NCBI GenBank assembly: GCA_000004695.1
Contig: CM000152.2
Span: forward strand, 3,328,001-3,392,000
DNA: 64,000 bases
Direction: 5' to 3'
From: Dictyostelium discoideum
Lineage: Eukaryota
The translations under genes and the position numbers were made by a program. The notes under the pieces are model-generated. The model was not told where the DNA came from and searched no databases. It worked only from the letters and a program-made list of their open reading frames with translations. Shown here in pieces: positions 1 to 16,338 of the stretch (the first letter of the stretch is position 1; every line of letters starts with the position of its first letter).

Positions 1-56
1 TAATGGTAGCAATATATCAATATCAATAAATGGTAATACTTTAAACCAAAGTACAA

Positions 57-101
<45 letters not shown>

Positions 102-1126
102 TAGGTGGTGGTGGTGGTGGTACAATTAATACTAGTACTAGAGTTTTAGCAAGTCATATTGATGAATTTCCATATTTAGGGTTAAAAGAATTTTTAATTA
201 CAAATAATTTTATACAAAGTTTATCATTAAGATTTACAGGTATTGCATCACCAACTTTATTAAATTCACAAAATGAATTTACATTATCATCAAGTTCATT
301 AGAGAAATTATCATTATTTAAATTAAATGATAAAGATAAATTAAATATTTCAATTAATATACCAACTTTAAAAGAATTGGTATTACTTCCATATAGAAAT
401 AGAGGTTTGATAAAGTTTATTAAATCTTCTAAAAAGATATCAAGATTATCATTATATAGACAACCTTTTTCAAATAATAGTACCAATTCTACAACAACAA
501 CAACAACATGTCTACCAAGTAAACAATGTTTTGAAATGGATGAACTTTTAAGAGCGATAAATAGGAATTACAATTTACAAGCATTTTACAATCATAATTA
601 TATACCACAAATTAATGCAATTGATTTCATAAAATCAAATCATCCATCAGTTACAAGTTTTATTCATTTTAATGAGAATATTAAACATTTGGAAAATGAT
701 TTAATTGAATCGATTTGTATAAATTCTAGAATAGAATCACTGACTTTAATGTTTAACAGTTCAACATCTATCATGTTTGGTGTTGATGATGGTGAGCCTA
801 TATCAGAACTATGTGTAATAATGATCATTTTCAAATTGATCACTTCTGTGCTTGCTAGAAATCATACTTTAAAATCTTTGAAAATCATTGATTGTTCAAA
901 TGATGTTCAAGAGAATTTAAATTCTTGTTCAACTGGTTTCGGTTGTCCACATTTTGGTTACTGTAAACTTTACCAAAATCAATTATCTCAATTATTTAAA
1001 TCAACTAGTATCCTTCAATTTTATTTCCCATTTTATATGAAAAAATATTTTGAAAAATATTTAATTCATTCTTCAAAATTATATTCTTTCATTTTAAAAG
1101 ATAATGAATTATTACCATTTTCTTAA
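1..1126 (+). CDS. 3' part of a protein-coding gene whose start lies upstream of the window (open in frame 2 from nt 2; stop TAA 1124-1126); Asn/Ser/Thr-rich hypothetical protein with weak leucine-rich periodicity, no confident family
   Basis: Uninterrupted reading frame from window start to 1126; track ORF 377..1126 is only its tail; the low-complexity poly-N and GGGGGG tract at 50-120 is in frame. Confidence 0.5.
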
Positions 1127-1288
1127 AATATATATTTTTATTCTTTTTTTTTCTTCTCTTTCTCTTTTATTTAAAATAAATATGTATAATTGTATAATAA
1201 ATAATAAATAATAAATAATAAATAATAAATAATAAATAAAAAATTGTAAACAAAAATATTTTTTTTTTTTTTTTTTTTATTTGTTTAA

Positions 1289-2048
1289 TTAAATGAATAT
1301 TGGATTCGAAGAATCTAATGATTTTGGAATAATATCAATTGAATCTTTTGTATATAAAAATATTTTTAAAGAATTATCATCATTGATATGTTGCCATCTT
1401 TCAAATGGATAAACTATAGTTGCAATTCTAATTGATTTATGATTTGTTGATTCACTATCATTGTCTCTAATTAATTTCTTTACTTTTGATTCAATTACTT
1501 TTAATGCTCTTGGTATTAAATAACATGTTAAAATGGTTGGATAAATTAATTTATTATTATTATCATTATTATTATTATTATTATATAATCCAATTGAACT
1601 TAATTTAAAATCAAATGATTCATTTGCAAAATCTTGTACTTTAAATAAAACTAAATGGTCAACACCTTCTTTTTTTGCATTTTCATTTGCAGATTTAATT
1701 AATTCTGGGTTAATATCTAATCCAATACCTCTGATTCCATAGTGTTTTGCTGCGTATATTACAATTCTACCGTCTCCACAACCTAAATCTAATACAACGT
1801 CATCACTATCTATTGATGATATTTCTAACATACTTTTAATTGATATTTCTGATGATGTTGCATATGGGCACTATTAAAAATAAAATAAAAAAAATAAAAA
1901 AAGTATTAGTATGTGATTTTAATTAAAGAAAAAAAAAAATAAAATAAAAATAATTTATAAAAAAAAAGATAATTACAATTTGGTTTGGGAGTGGATCTTC
2001 TTCATCTAAAAATGGTTGAGTCCATTCTTCATCGGAATCACATTGCAT
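1289..2048 (-). CDS. Class I SAM-dependent methyltransferase, FAM173/ATPSCKMT-like; model join(2048..1977,1870..1289), 217 aa
   Basis: Motif I VLDLGCGDGRIVIYAA plus GIRGIGLDINPELI; exon 1 ATG at 2048 (MQCDSDEEWTQPFLDEEDPLPNQI), GTAATT donor at 1976, ...TTTTAATAG acceptor, exon 2 begins 1870 in phase 0 and joins the track ORF 1289..1831 in frame; long poly(A/T) promoter tract upstream. Confidence 0.7.
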
Positions 2049-2092
2049 TATATATATTTATATAAAACACGACAATGTTTTTTCGTCAGTCG

Positions 2093-2095
<3 letters not shown>

Positions 2096-2145
<50 letters not shown>

Positions 2146-2154
2146 AAAAATAAA
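2096..2154. repeat. poly(A) homopolymer (about 59 nt) in the divergent promoter between the methyltransferase and UBX genes
   Basis: seen directly. Confidence 0.9.
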
Positions 2155-2747
2155 AATGAAAAAAAAATAAAAAAATATGTTTGGAAAAAAAAAAAAAAAA
2201 AAAAAAAAAAGAAAATAAAAAAAATTAAAAAAAAAAATATTGTTTAAATAAGTAATATTTAGAAAATTATGTTTTGATCTATTTTTGTTATTTTTTGTTT
2301 TTAAATTTATCCATAATAAGTTATTTTTTTTTTAAAACTATTATTTAATAAAGTTCCAAAAAAAGTCATCATAACTTTAATTAAAAACAATTTCAAAAAA
2401 AAAAAATAAAAAATATAAAAAAAAAAAATTTAATTTGGTTTTTACATTTCAAAAAATTAATAAAAATTTTTTTTTTTTTTTTTTTTTTCTTTTTACACAC
2501 TTACACAAACATAAATAAAAAAAAAAAAATACCTGTACAATTAGTTTAACAATAAATAAAAAGTTAAACTTTTTGAATCAGTGTATTAATAATAAAATAA
2601 AAAACGACACGTCCAAACAATCATTTTTCACACCTCTTCATTATCTCAAAGAGTCTTTTTAAGGGTCATAGGCCATCATTAATTGTTGCGAACACCTTTG
2701 GGATTGGTTTTGTTTTATTTTGTTACTACAAATTAAGATTATTAAAA

Positions 2748-2943
2748 ATGAATTCTCCATCTTCATCATCATCATCTACATCAACTACTACAACTACTAC
2801 AACAACACCAAATTCAAATTTATCAATATGGAGTTTAAGTTATTATATTAATTTATGGAGTAAGAATTTTATTTTATTTATTTATTTTTAAATGATGATG
2901 AAAAGAAGATAGATATTAATATTTTAAAAATAATATTAATATT

Positions 2944-3025
<82 letters not shown>

Positions 3026-4198
3026 TAAACTATCAACAACAATAAATAAACAATAGATAAACAATTTACAGAACCAGATTCAAGCGAAGAAACTAGAAAA
3101 ACGGTGTTACGTTTAACAGAAAGATTCGGAGAGACTCATCCAGCATTTAGGATGGCTTCTTATAATGAAGCCGTTTCATTTGCAAAGAGTAAATTCAAAT
3201 TTTTAATAGTTTATATACATTCATCACAACATCCTTCTTCGAATAGTTTTTGCAAGTATGTTTTATCTTTATTTATTATTATCATTTGTTTTTGATTTTA
3301 TACTTACCAAAAATAAAATAATAAAGAGAGGTGTTATTTACAAAAGAAATTAAAGAATTTATTGAAGCAAATTATATATTTTGGGTATGTGATGTTTCAA
3401 CATCGATTGGTTTGAGAATGTGTAATTTATTAGAAGTTACAACTTTTCCAGCATTATCATTAATTTGTTGTAACAATGTACCAGGTTTAACAACATCATC
3501 ACAACCAGTGAGATTGGAATTATTCCAAGGTAATCAACTATCAACAAAGCAATCTGCAATGACAATTATTAGAACTTCAGCTTCACATTATGAACCTTCT
3601 TTAATTGCTGCTAAAGCTGATCAGTAAGTAAAATAAATAAATTAATAAATAAATATTAATAAATAAATATTTATAAAAATTCTAATAATCATTATGTGTA
3701 TACATATATATATATAGCGATTTAAGAGAACAAGATAGATTTATTAGACAAGAACAAGATGAAGCATTTTATCAATCACTTAAAGAGGATCAAGAAAAAG
3801 AAAGAATTAGATTAGAAAAAGAGGAACTAGAAAGATTAGAGAAAGAAAGAGAAGAAAAAGAAGAACAAGATAGAATAGATTTCCAAAGAGAATTGGAAGA
3901 AAGAAAACAAAGAAAACAAAAATTATTTATTAATGAGCCAAAACAAAAACAACAAAATGGTGTGGATGTCACTAAATTAGTCATTAGATTACATGATGGT
4001 TCAAAATTACAAAGAAACTTTTTAATCACTGATACAATCGAATTTGTAATGGATTTCATAGATACTCATATCCAAGAACCAATTGAAAACTATGTACTAT
4101 CAACTCATTATCCAAAGAAACAACTCTCAAATTTAAAATCCACCTTAAAAGATGAAGGTTTATATCCAGACTCTGTTTTATTTTTATCAGAATTATAA
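2748..4198 (+). CDS. UAS/thioredoxin-like plus UBX domain protein, FAF2/UBXD8-like; model join(2748..2859,3072..3255,3327..3623,3718..4198)
   Basis: N-terminal Ser/Thr-rich exon; exons 2-3 encode the FAF2-type UAS fold (KFKFLIVYIHSSQHPSSNSFCK|EVLFTKEIKEFIEANYIFWVCDVSTSIGL); exon 4 is a Glu/Lys/Arg coiled coil followed by a UBX domain (VTKLVIRLHDGSKLQRNFLITDTIEFVMDFI...YVLSTHYPKKQL); donors GTAAGA/GTATGT/GTAAGT, acceptors TTACAG/AAAG/TATAG, phases 1/2/2 consistent with track ORFs 3104..3295, 3331..3627, 3893..4198. Confidence 0.75.
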
Positions 4199-4318
4199 AA
4201 AAAAAAAAAAAATATAGCTTTTTTAAAAGAGAATTTTAAATAAATAAATTGGAGAGTTTATTACTATTTTAAAATAACTTCTTTTTTTTTAAAAAAAAAA
4301 ATAAAAAAAAAGTATGTT

Positions 4319-4349
<31 letters not shown>

Positions 4350-4450
4350 ATAAAAGAAAAAAAAAAAGAATTAAGAAAAAAAAAAAAAAAAAAAAGATAT
4401 ATACATTGTCTTAATACAAACTTTTTTTTTTTTCTTTTTTTTAGGTAATT

Positions 4451-4493
<43 letters not shown>

Positions 4494-4499
<6 letters not shown>

Positions 4500-5027
4500 A
4501 ATACATTTTGGAAGAATAAATTGAGTTTGAGGTTGTTGTGTTATTGATTTTCTTCTTGTAGATGTTACCATACTTGGAGAATTATTATCATTAATTGGAT
4601 TTATTATTTTTGAAATATTTGATCTTGAATCTCTTTGTGGTGATTGAATTTGTTGATATTGTTGTTGTTGGGCATGTTGTTGATATTGTTGTTGTTGCAT
4701 TTGTTGTTGCATTTGTTGTTGTTGCTGCATTTGCATTTGTTGTTGTTGTTGATATTGTTGATTTACAGAATGGTGATGAATTTTAATGACAGAGTCTTTT
4801 TTATTTTGTCTTCTTAATTTACTAACAAATGAATCCAATTTTGAGAAATAATCCAAGTAATCCGGTAATGGACATGAAAGATCGAATTGTAGTAAATTTA
4901 AAAATGAAATTTCTAATCTATTTAATTCATCTCTGGTAACACCACCAATATGACTATAGTATTCATTATTATAAAAGATATCTATATTAAAAAAAATAAT
5001 ATATATAAGTATATGTTTTTATTAATT

Positions 5028-5075
<48 letters not shown>

Positions 5076-5365
5076 TTACCATCTATATATTTAGAAGCAA
5101 CCATAATTGCAGTTATTAATAATCTATGAATATTAAAACTATTTATAATAAAATTTGTTTTTGAAATAATTCTATCAATATAAACTATAATCATAATGAA
5201 ACATTCTTTGGAACATGGTGAGAATTTTACAAGTCTAGTTAAATATTCAGTTATTGATATTTTTGGTACTTCGCTTGTAGGAGAAACGAATAGATTTGAA
5301 TGATATTGTGTACCAGCTTTTAATAATATCTATTAATTTTAAAAAATATAAGAAAAAATTGATTA

Positions 5366-5397
<32 letters not shown>

Positions 5398-5718
5398 TTT
5401 ATATTAAAATTTTTTAATTTAATAATAAAATTTAAAATATTAATTAAATCTTACATTATCACCGATTATTGGTAACTCTGTCAAAACATGACATAAACTG
5501 TAAAACAATGGTGTTTGATCTTCCTTTAATTCAACATTTTTGACATTCTCCAAACTATCTTGTATTATATCTAAAACTGTTGGTAATTTATATGGTAATA
5601 CTATATGATGAAAAGGGTGATTATTTAAACTACTATCTGGATACTTTTGTGAATAGTATGGGTCAGATTTCATCAATAAATATTTAGCATTTAATCTTTT
5701 TTGGAATTGGCTTGTCAT
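4494..5718 (-). CDS. PHO80-like (cyclin-U/P-type) cyclin; model join(5718..5455,5329..5080,4981..4494)
   Basis: Exon 2 encodes the cyclin box (ITEYLTRLVKFSPCSKECFIMIIVYIDRI...NIHRLLITAIMVASKYIDD), exon 3 continues IFYNNEYYSHIGGVTRDELNRLEISFLNLLQFDL and ends in a poly-Q tail; GTAAGA and GTAATT donors, TTAATAG/ATATAG acceptors, phases 0 and 1 verified. Confidence 0.7.
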
Positions 5719-7351
5719 TTTTTTTTTTTTTTTATTATTTTATTTTATTTTATTTTATTATTTTATTTTTTTATTTTATTTTATTTTATTTTATTTTATT
5801 TTGTTTATTTATTTAATTTATTTAAATTACTTTATATTTAAAAAAAATTTAAAAATAATTTTTTTAAAAAATAATAAAAAAAAATAAAAATAATTAAAAA
5901 ATTATATGGTATTTTATTACTTGTATTTTTTTTAAACTTATTATTATTATTATTATTATTTCTAATATAAATTTTTATTATAATTATAAAAAATTATAAA
6001 GAAAAATAAAAAAGAAATTATTTAAATAAAAAAAAACTATCTAATGTCGAAAAGTTAATTAATATATTATTTATATTTATATAATTTTTTTATTATTTTT
6101 ATTTTTTTTTTTATTTTTTTTTATTTTTTTTTATTTTTTTTTATTTTTTTTTATTTTTTTTTTATTCTATATTATTAAATTATTTTGTTGTTATATTATA
6201 TTATTTTTTTTTTTTTTTTTTTTTTTTAAATGTTATATCTTATAAAAAACAATTGAAATCGATATTTTAATTTTCTTTTTTTTTATTTTTATTTTTTATT
6301 TTTTATTTTTTATTTTTTATTTTTTATTTTACTTTATTATTTTATTATTTTTTTTAAAATTTTAGATTTGAAATTAAATTGTTAAAATATTAAAAATATT
6401 AATTAAAATTATTTTATTATTTAAATATTAAAAAAAAAAAAAATAAAAAAAAAAAAAAAAATGAAATTTAATAATGTTTTTTGTTTGTTGGTGTGTGTCA
6501 GGGTGTGTTTGTGTGTGTGAAAAATTTTGAGTGTTTTGTTTGGGTATTTGGGAAATTATTATAAAATCATATGAGATAGTTGGTAGTAGAAAAACAACCA
6601 TTAAAATGTACAAATTTAGTAATTTTATCAAGGAGCCCTAAATTTATAAATAATAATTATAATGGAAAAATAATAGGTGGGAATTTTAAAATGTGGTCAT
6701 AGTTTCACTATCACTATCAGTGTTTATTAATTTAAAGTTTATTTAAATTTTTTTTTTTTTTTTTTTTCTGGTTCTTAAAAAATTAAAAAAAATTAATTTT
6801 ATTTTATTTTTAGGTCTATAATTTTAGTGGGTGGGGGTAGTGTTTGGAAATAAAATTAAATTGTTTTTTTTTTTGTTTTTTTTTTTTTGAGATATTATTA
6901 ATTTTTTCAAATTTATTTAATTAATAAAAAAGTAACCCAATCTTTATATAGAAAAAAAAAAAAAAACCAAAAAATTAAATAATTCGTTTTTTTTACAATT
7001 TTTTTAAAAAAAAGGTGCATTATATCTAAAATTTTGTTGGTTTCTAGAATTTTATTTAGATTTAACAAACGAGAACTTTTTTTTTGAATTTTATTTTTTT
7101 TAATTTTTTTTTTAAAATAAACAAGACCAAATTTGGAATAAAATATTAATGGGGATAAAAAAAAGTTATATCGTGTTATATTGTGTTTGTGTTTGTGTGC
7201 ACAATTTTAAATATTAATACATATTTATATTGTGGGTGGTGTAAATAGTTTGAAAAAAAAAAAAAAAAAAAAAAAAAAAACCAATTTATTAATTTTTTTT
7301 CTTTGTCTGGATTTTTTTTTTTTTTTCAAAATTATTCTTTTAATTATTCTT

Positions 7352-7516
7352 TTAATTTTTATTTAATTCTTCAAGATCGTCTCCTAGTAAATTACCATTT
7401 ATATTTTTTGTAGTGTTTTCATCTAAATTTAAATTTATTAACTCAGAATTACCACTACTACAACTACTATTTTTAACTTCTTTTTGTTCATCTCCTTCGA
7501 CATCAACCAATAATAA

Positions 7517-7594
<78 letters not shown>

Positions 7595-7900
7595 GTTACT
7601 ATTATTGGTAATATTAATATTTGAAATTAGATTTGGTGATAAATCTATTAATTCTTCTAAATATGATTCCTTCTTATTATTATTAATATTATTTTCGTTA
7701 TTTGATTTTTTATTTTGTAATTTTGATGTAATTCCAACATTATTTTGGTTATTATCAGTATTATTACTATTTTCATTTCTATTATTATTTTCTGAGAATC
7801 CACCAAATAATTGTTTGGCCAATTTCTCCTTTTCTGGATCTATATTATTATGAGTTTGTTGATGTTTTTGAATTTGTTGTTGTGATAAAGTATTTTGAGT

Positions 7901-7931
<31 letters not shown>

Positions 7932-8397
7932 GGTGTGGCATTTTGTGGTGGAGTTTGTTTATTTCCAACAAATCCTTTTTTAGTCCATAATACCTTTGAT
8001 GGTTTTGGTAAACTAATTTTAGAAAATAAAAAAAAAAATAAAATAATTTTAGTAAATGTCTTTAATGATATTTTTAGATATTTAAAAGTAAAATAAAAAT
8101 AGTAGCAAAATAAAAAATTATAGATTCTAAAAATAAATACCCTATTGGTTTTGGAGCATTTTGATCAGGAACTGTTACTAATTGATTATTTGGATATTGT
8201 GGGTTTTGCTGTTGTTGTTGTTGTTGATTTTGTTGTTGTTGTTGTTGATTTTGTTGTTGTTGTTGATGTTGATGTGGTTGTAATTGTTGATCATTATTGA
8301 CAGGAACTAATGAATTGTTATTTAAATTAATTGTATCATCTTCACCCAAAAGTAATAGTTGTTGTGGTTGTTGAGGTTGTTGAGGGAATAATTGAAG

Positions 8398-8438
<41 letters not shown>

Positions 8439-8693
8439 GATGATTTGATGGAGGTTGATGTTGATGAACTGGGTATAATTGTTGTTGGTTATGATGAGGA
8501 TTAAATGGATCAGGTGGTGGAGGATATTGAAAGTTCAAACCCTTTTCATTTGAATGTGATGAACTACCATCAGATATATCAACCAATGGTGTATTCTTTC
8601 TTTTTTCATATGGAATATATTGTTTTCCTCCAACCTTATTTGAGTAATCATTAAATTTATTAAATATTTTATTAAACTAAAAAAATATAAAAA

Positions 8694-8776
<83 letters not shown>

Positions 8777-10884
8777 TTAGTAGGTATATATTAATACTTA
8801 TAAATAAATAAATAAATAATATAAATATTAATATTTACATCAATATCTTCACAATAAGCATCTAATGGTAAAATTAAAGACATTGATTTTGGATTTTTTA
8901 AGATTTCATTTAATTCAGAAGAACGTTGTTGACAAATTAAAGATTTTGAAGATTTAAATTTCTTTGTCATTAATTCTAACATTGGTAATGATTTACCTAA
9001 TTGAGCAACCAATTTACCAATACCAATGATGATCCAAGATTTAGTCTCACCTTGATAATCTTTCTCTAAAAGGTCACATAGATAACTAATGATATCACTT
9101 TCAATAACACCATTATTTGATACTATTAAATTTGAATATTCTGAAATTACCCAACTCATAATCTTTATATAAATATCTGAAAATTGTTGTAAATTATTTT
9201 GATTCTCTTGTTGTTGTTGTTGTTGTTGTTCATTTGAAATCATAATATTATTTAAATAAATTTCTGAAATATGTTGTTTAACTTTAATATCGTCTTCTTC
9301 TGAAACTAATCTAATTAAATTATATGCAAATTGATAATTATTATTATTATTATTATTATTATTGTTATTGTTATTATTATCTTTATTATTTTCATTTGGT
9401 AATATTGATAAAACAGTTGAAATTGTATCAATATACCAAATATCATTTGGTGAATATTTTTCAGCGATATTTGTAATTTGAGAGATTAATTCTGATTTAA
9501 AGTTTTGATCTTTTGAGAGTACTAATTGTTCAATTAATTTTGAACAAACTGGTACTACATTAGTTTGATTTGTCATTTTATAGAGTAAATCAAAACTTTT
9601 ACGTTTTAAAGTTTCATCTGGTGATTCTAATGATTCAATGACTTCAACTTGATAAGGTAATACTAGTTTTGGTGAAACTTTAACAATTGATGCCAATGCT
9701 TTGATACCGAAATAACGAAGATTATGATGTTTACCTTTTAAAAATATTGCAATATTCTTTGAACATTGTTCAATCAATTGTAAATTTGGGTGAATTAAAG
9801 TTAGAGTTTTAATAGTTTCATAGAGTATAGCGAAACCAACATTATTTTTAAACTTTTGAGATTGTTGCATTGTAAACAATAATACTGTATACATATGATT
9901 GGAGGAATCTTTATCTTGGTATCCTAAATTTGATAATAATTTCAATAGATTAATTTGTAACCATGGATGATGAATACCATGATAAATATAACTATTTGGT
10001 AATCTACCTTCTGCAACTTGTTTTAAAATTCCAACAAAACTTGGTACTAATTCTTTCAACATTGAAATTAAATTTTTTGATCTATTAATTTCTTCATTAT
10101 TTTTTTTTTTAATTTGATTACTATTATTGTTGTTGTTGTTGTTATTAATTTGATTGTTATTATCTTTTAAAGTTGAATGTTTTTCAGAAATATCTAAAAA
10201 GATACAAATTGAAGCAGACATTACTGAAGGGTCACGATCACATAATGATTGTCTGAGTTTATCAATGATTTGATCGTCATCCAAGAAAGAGTCGCCAACT
10301 AATCTATAGAATCTGTGTAAGACAGTAACGGATTTCTTTCTGACTATTGGTTTTTGATGATTTAATAATTGCAATACCTTTTGAAGGAAAGCCGGTATTG
10401 TATCGTTATCAATTAATTTACACATTGCTGTTAGTGCTGAGCAGACTTCTAAATAATTTGAAGAATTTAAACCTTTTAATATTGAATTAACTGCCATAAT
10501 TAATAGTTCATGTCTCTCTGGTAAACATAATGATAGTGTAAGATAACCAGTTCTCTTATTTAATATCTCTGAATCTTGTGTCATATTCAATGCTTGAATA
10601 TGTCCAAATGGTACATCGTAACCTAACATATGGCAATAGATCATTCTAATTAGGCATTCCCTTTTCTTATCTTTGCTTTGTTCTTTTGAGAAGCAACTTT
10701 TCAATTTAATGATTTCATTTTGAATTATATGAACTTCCTCTTCTCTTGATGTTGATTCACCAATATTCTTTACTAAATCATAAAAATCAAAATCTAAAAT
10801 ACCTTTAACTGATTTAAGTCCACCAGGTACTTGAATCTTTGAACTCTCTAAAAATTGAATTAAATTTAATGCTGAAGAGTTCAT
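7352..10884 (-). CDS. AP-4 adaptor complex epsilon subunit (adaptin N-terminal trunk plus long Gln/Asn-rich C-terminal region); model join(10884..8839,8676..8141,8012..7352), about 1080 aa
   Basis: N-terminus closely matches the AP4E1 adaptin core (CLIRMIYCHMLGYDVPFGHIQALNMTQDSEILNKRTGYLTLSLCLPERHELLIMAVNSILKGLNSSNYLEVCSALTAM); the 697-aa track ORF tail (DVNINIYIIY...) is read-through into an intron with GTAAAT donor at 8838; intron 1 contains a (TAA)n repeat and ends TTTTTTAG at 8677; a second intron 8140..8013 (GTATTT...AATTAG) joins the Q/N-rich exons; frames of track ORFs 8074..8586 and 7352..7822 are reproduced. Confidence 0.65.
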
Positions 10885-11276
10885 TTATTTGTATAGGTGC
10901 TTTGAAAAGTTTTTTTTTTTTTTTTTTTTTTTTTTATGAAAAAGTTTTTTTTTTTTTATGAAAAAGTTTTTTTTTTTTTTTTTTTTTTTTTACAAAATTG
11001 TATACAAATAAATGTACATGTACAGTTGATGTTAACTTTTTCGGGTTAAAAGTAAAATAATATTAAAAAAAAAAAAAAAATAAAGATGATGTATTATGTA
11101 AAAAAAAAAAAAAAAATAAAAAAAAAAAAAAAAAAAAAAATTTTTTAAAAAAAAAAAAATAATTTAAGATATTTTTTTTGCGAGGTACCTCGCTGTTTGC
11201 TTTCGATTTTTTTTTTTTTTATTATTTATTTCATAAACCACAGATGGATTATTTGGAAAAAAAAAAAATAAAAAAA

Positions 11277-11325
11277 TAAAATAAAATAAAATAAAATAAA
11301 ATAAAATAAAATAAAAGTGGTCTGT
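11277..11325. repeat. (AAAAT)n pentanucleotide repeat, about 9 units, intergenic
   Basis: seen directly. Confidence 0.9.
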
Positions 11326-11590
11326 TCACCAATTCAATAAAAGTCTATTTAAGTTACTTTACACAAATTAGTTTCTAATTCCAACCCTAAAAATCTCATA
11401 CCTTTTTAAAAATTAATTAAAAATAAAAAAAAAATAAAAAACCCAAATAATTTCATTTTTTAAGAAACCAGATTTTTTATAATTTATTAATAAAAATCTG
11501 GTTTCTTAAAAATAATTAATTAATTTTTTATATATCTAAATTAAAAACTTGGAAATTGTTAATTTTTATTTTATTTTATTTTTCATTTTT

Positions 11591-15659
<4,069 letters not shown>

Positions 15660-15733
15660 TTTTTCATATGATTATTTATTTTTTTTTTTTATTATTATTC
15701 CAAAAAAAAAAAAAAAAATGTGCTCGGCTAAAT

Positions 15734-15776
<43 letters not shown>

Positions 15777-15919
15777 GAAAATTTCAAGGTCTTGTATAAA
15801 AAAAAATTCTGTGAAAATAATAATATTTTTTTCACTCGATTTTTTGAGTCTCAAGTAAATTTTGGACTAGCCACCACAATAAGATTAAAAATTAAAAAAA
15901 TTAGAAAATAAGCAAATGT

Positions 15920-15951
<32 letters not shown>

Positions 15952-16180
15952 TTTTAATGTTAAATTAAATAAATAATAAGAGTTTAAAAAAAAAAAAATA
16001 TAAAAAAAATAAAAAAAATGAGTTTTTGTTAAATAAATAGACCTTGGAAAAGAAAATTAAAAAACTAGGGTGAGACTAATCAATTATTGATTTTAAGTTT
16101 TGAAATTTTTGTTGAAATTTATCTAAAATTTTAGATTTGTTAATTTAATACTATTTTTTAAAATTTTTTTATTTTATATT

Positions 16181-16306
16181 TTATTTCTTTTTACCAAATT
16201 TCTCTGCTTTTCTCTTTTTAGTTAATTTTTTAATATGTTTTGGTATTTTTGTTTTTCTTCTTTCTTTATTCATTTCTTTTACAAATTTCTTACGATCCTA
16301 TGAAAG

Positions 16307-16338
<32 letters not shown>

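Noticed and set aside
7413-7853. 146-aa plus-strand poly-Leu ORF
   Set aside because: Antisense of the Asn-rich (AAT)n coding tract of the AP-4 epsilon terminal exon.
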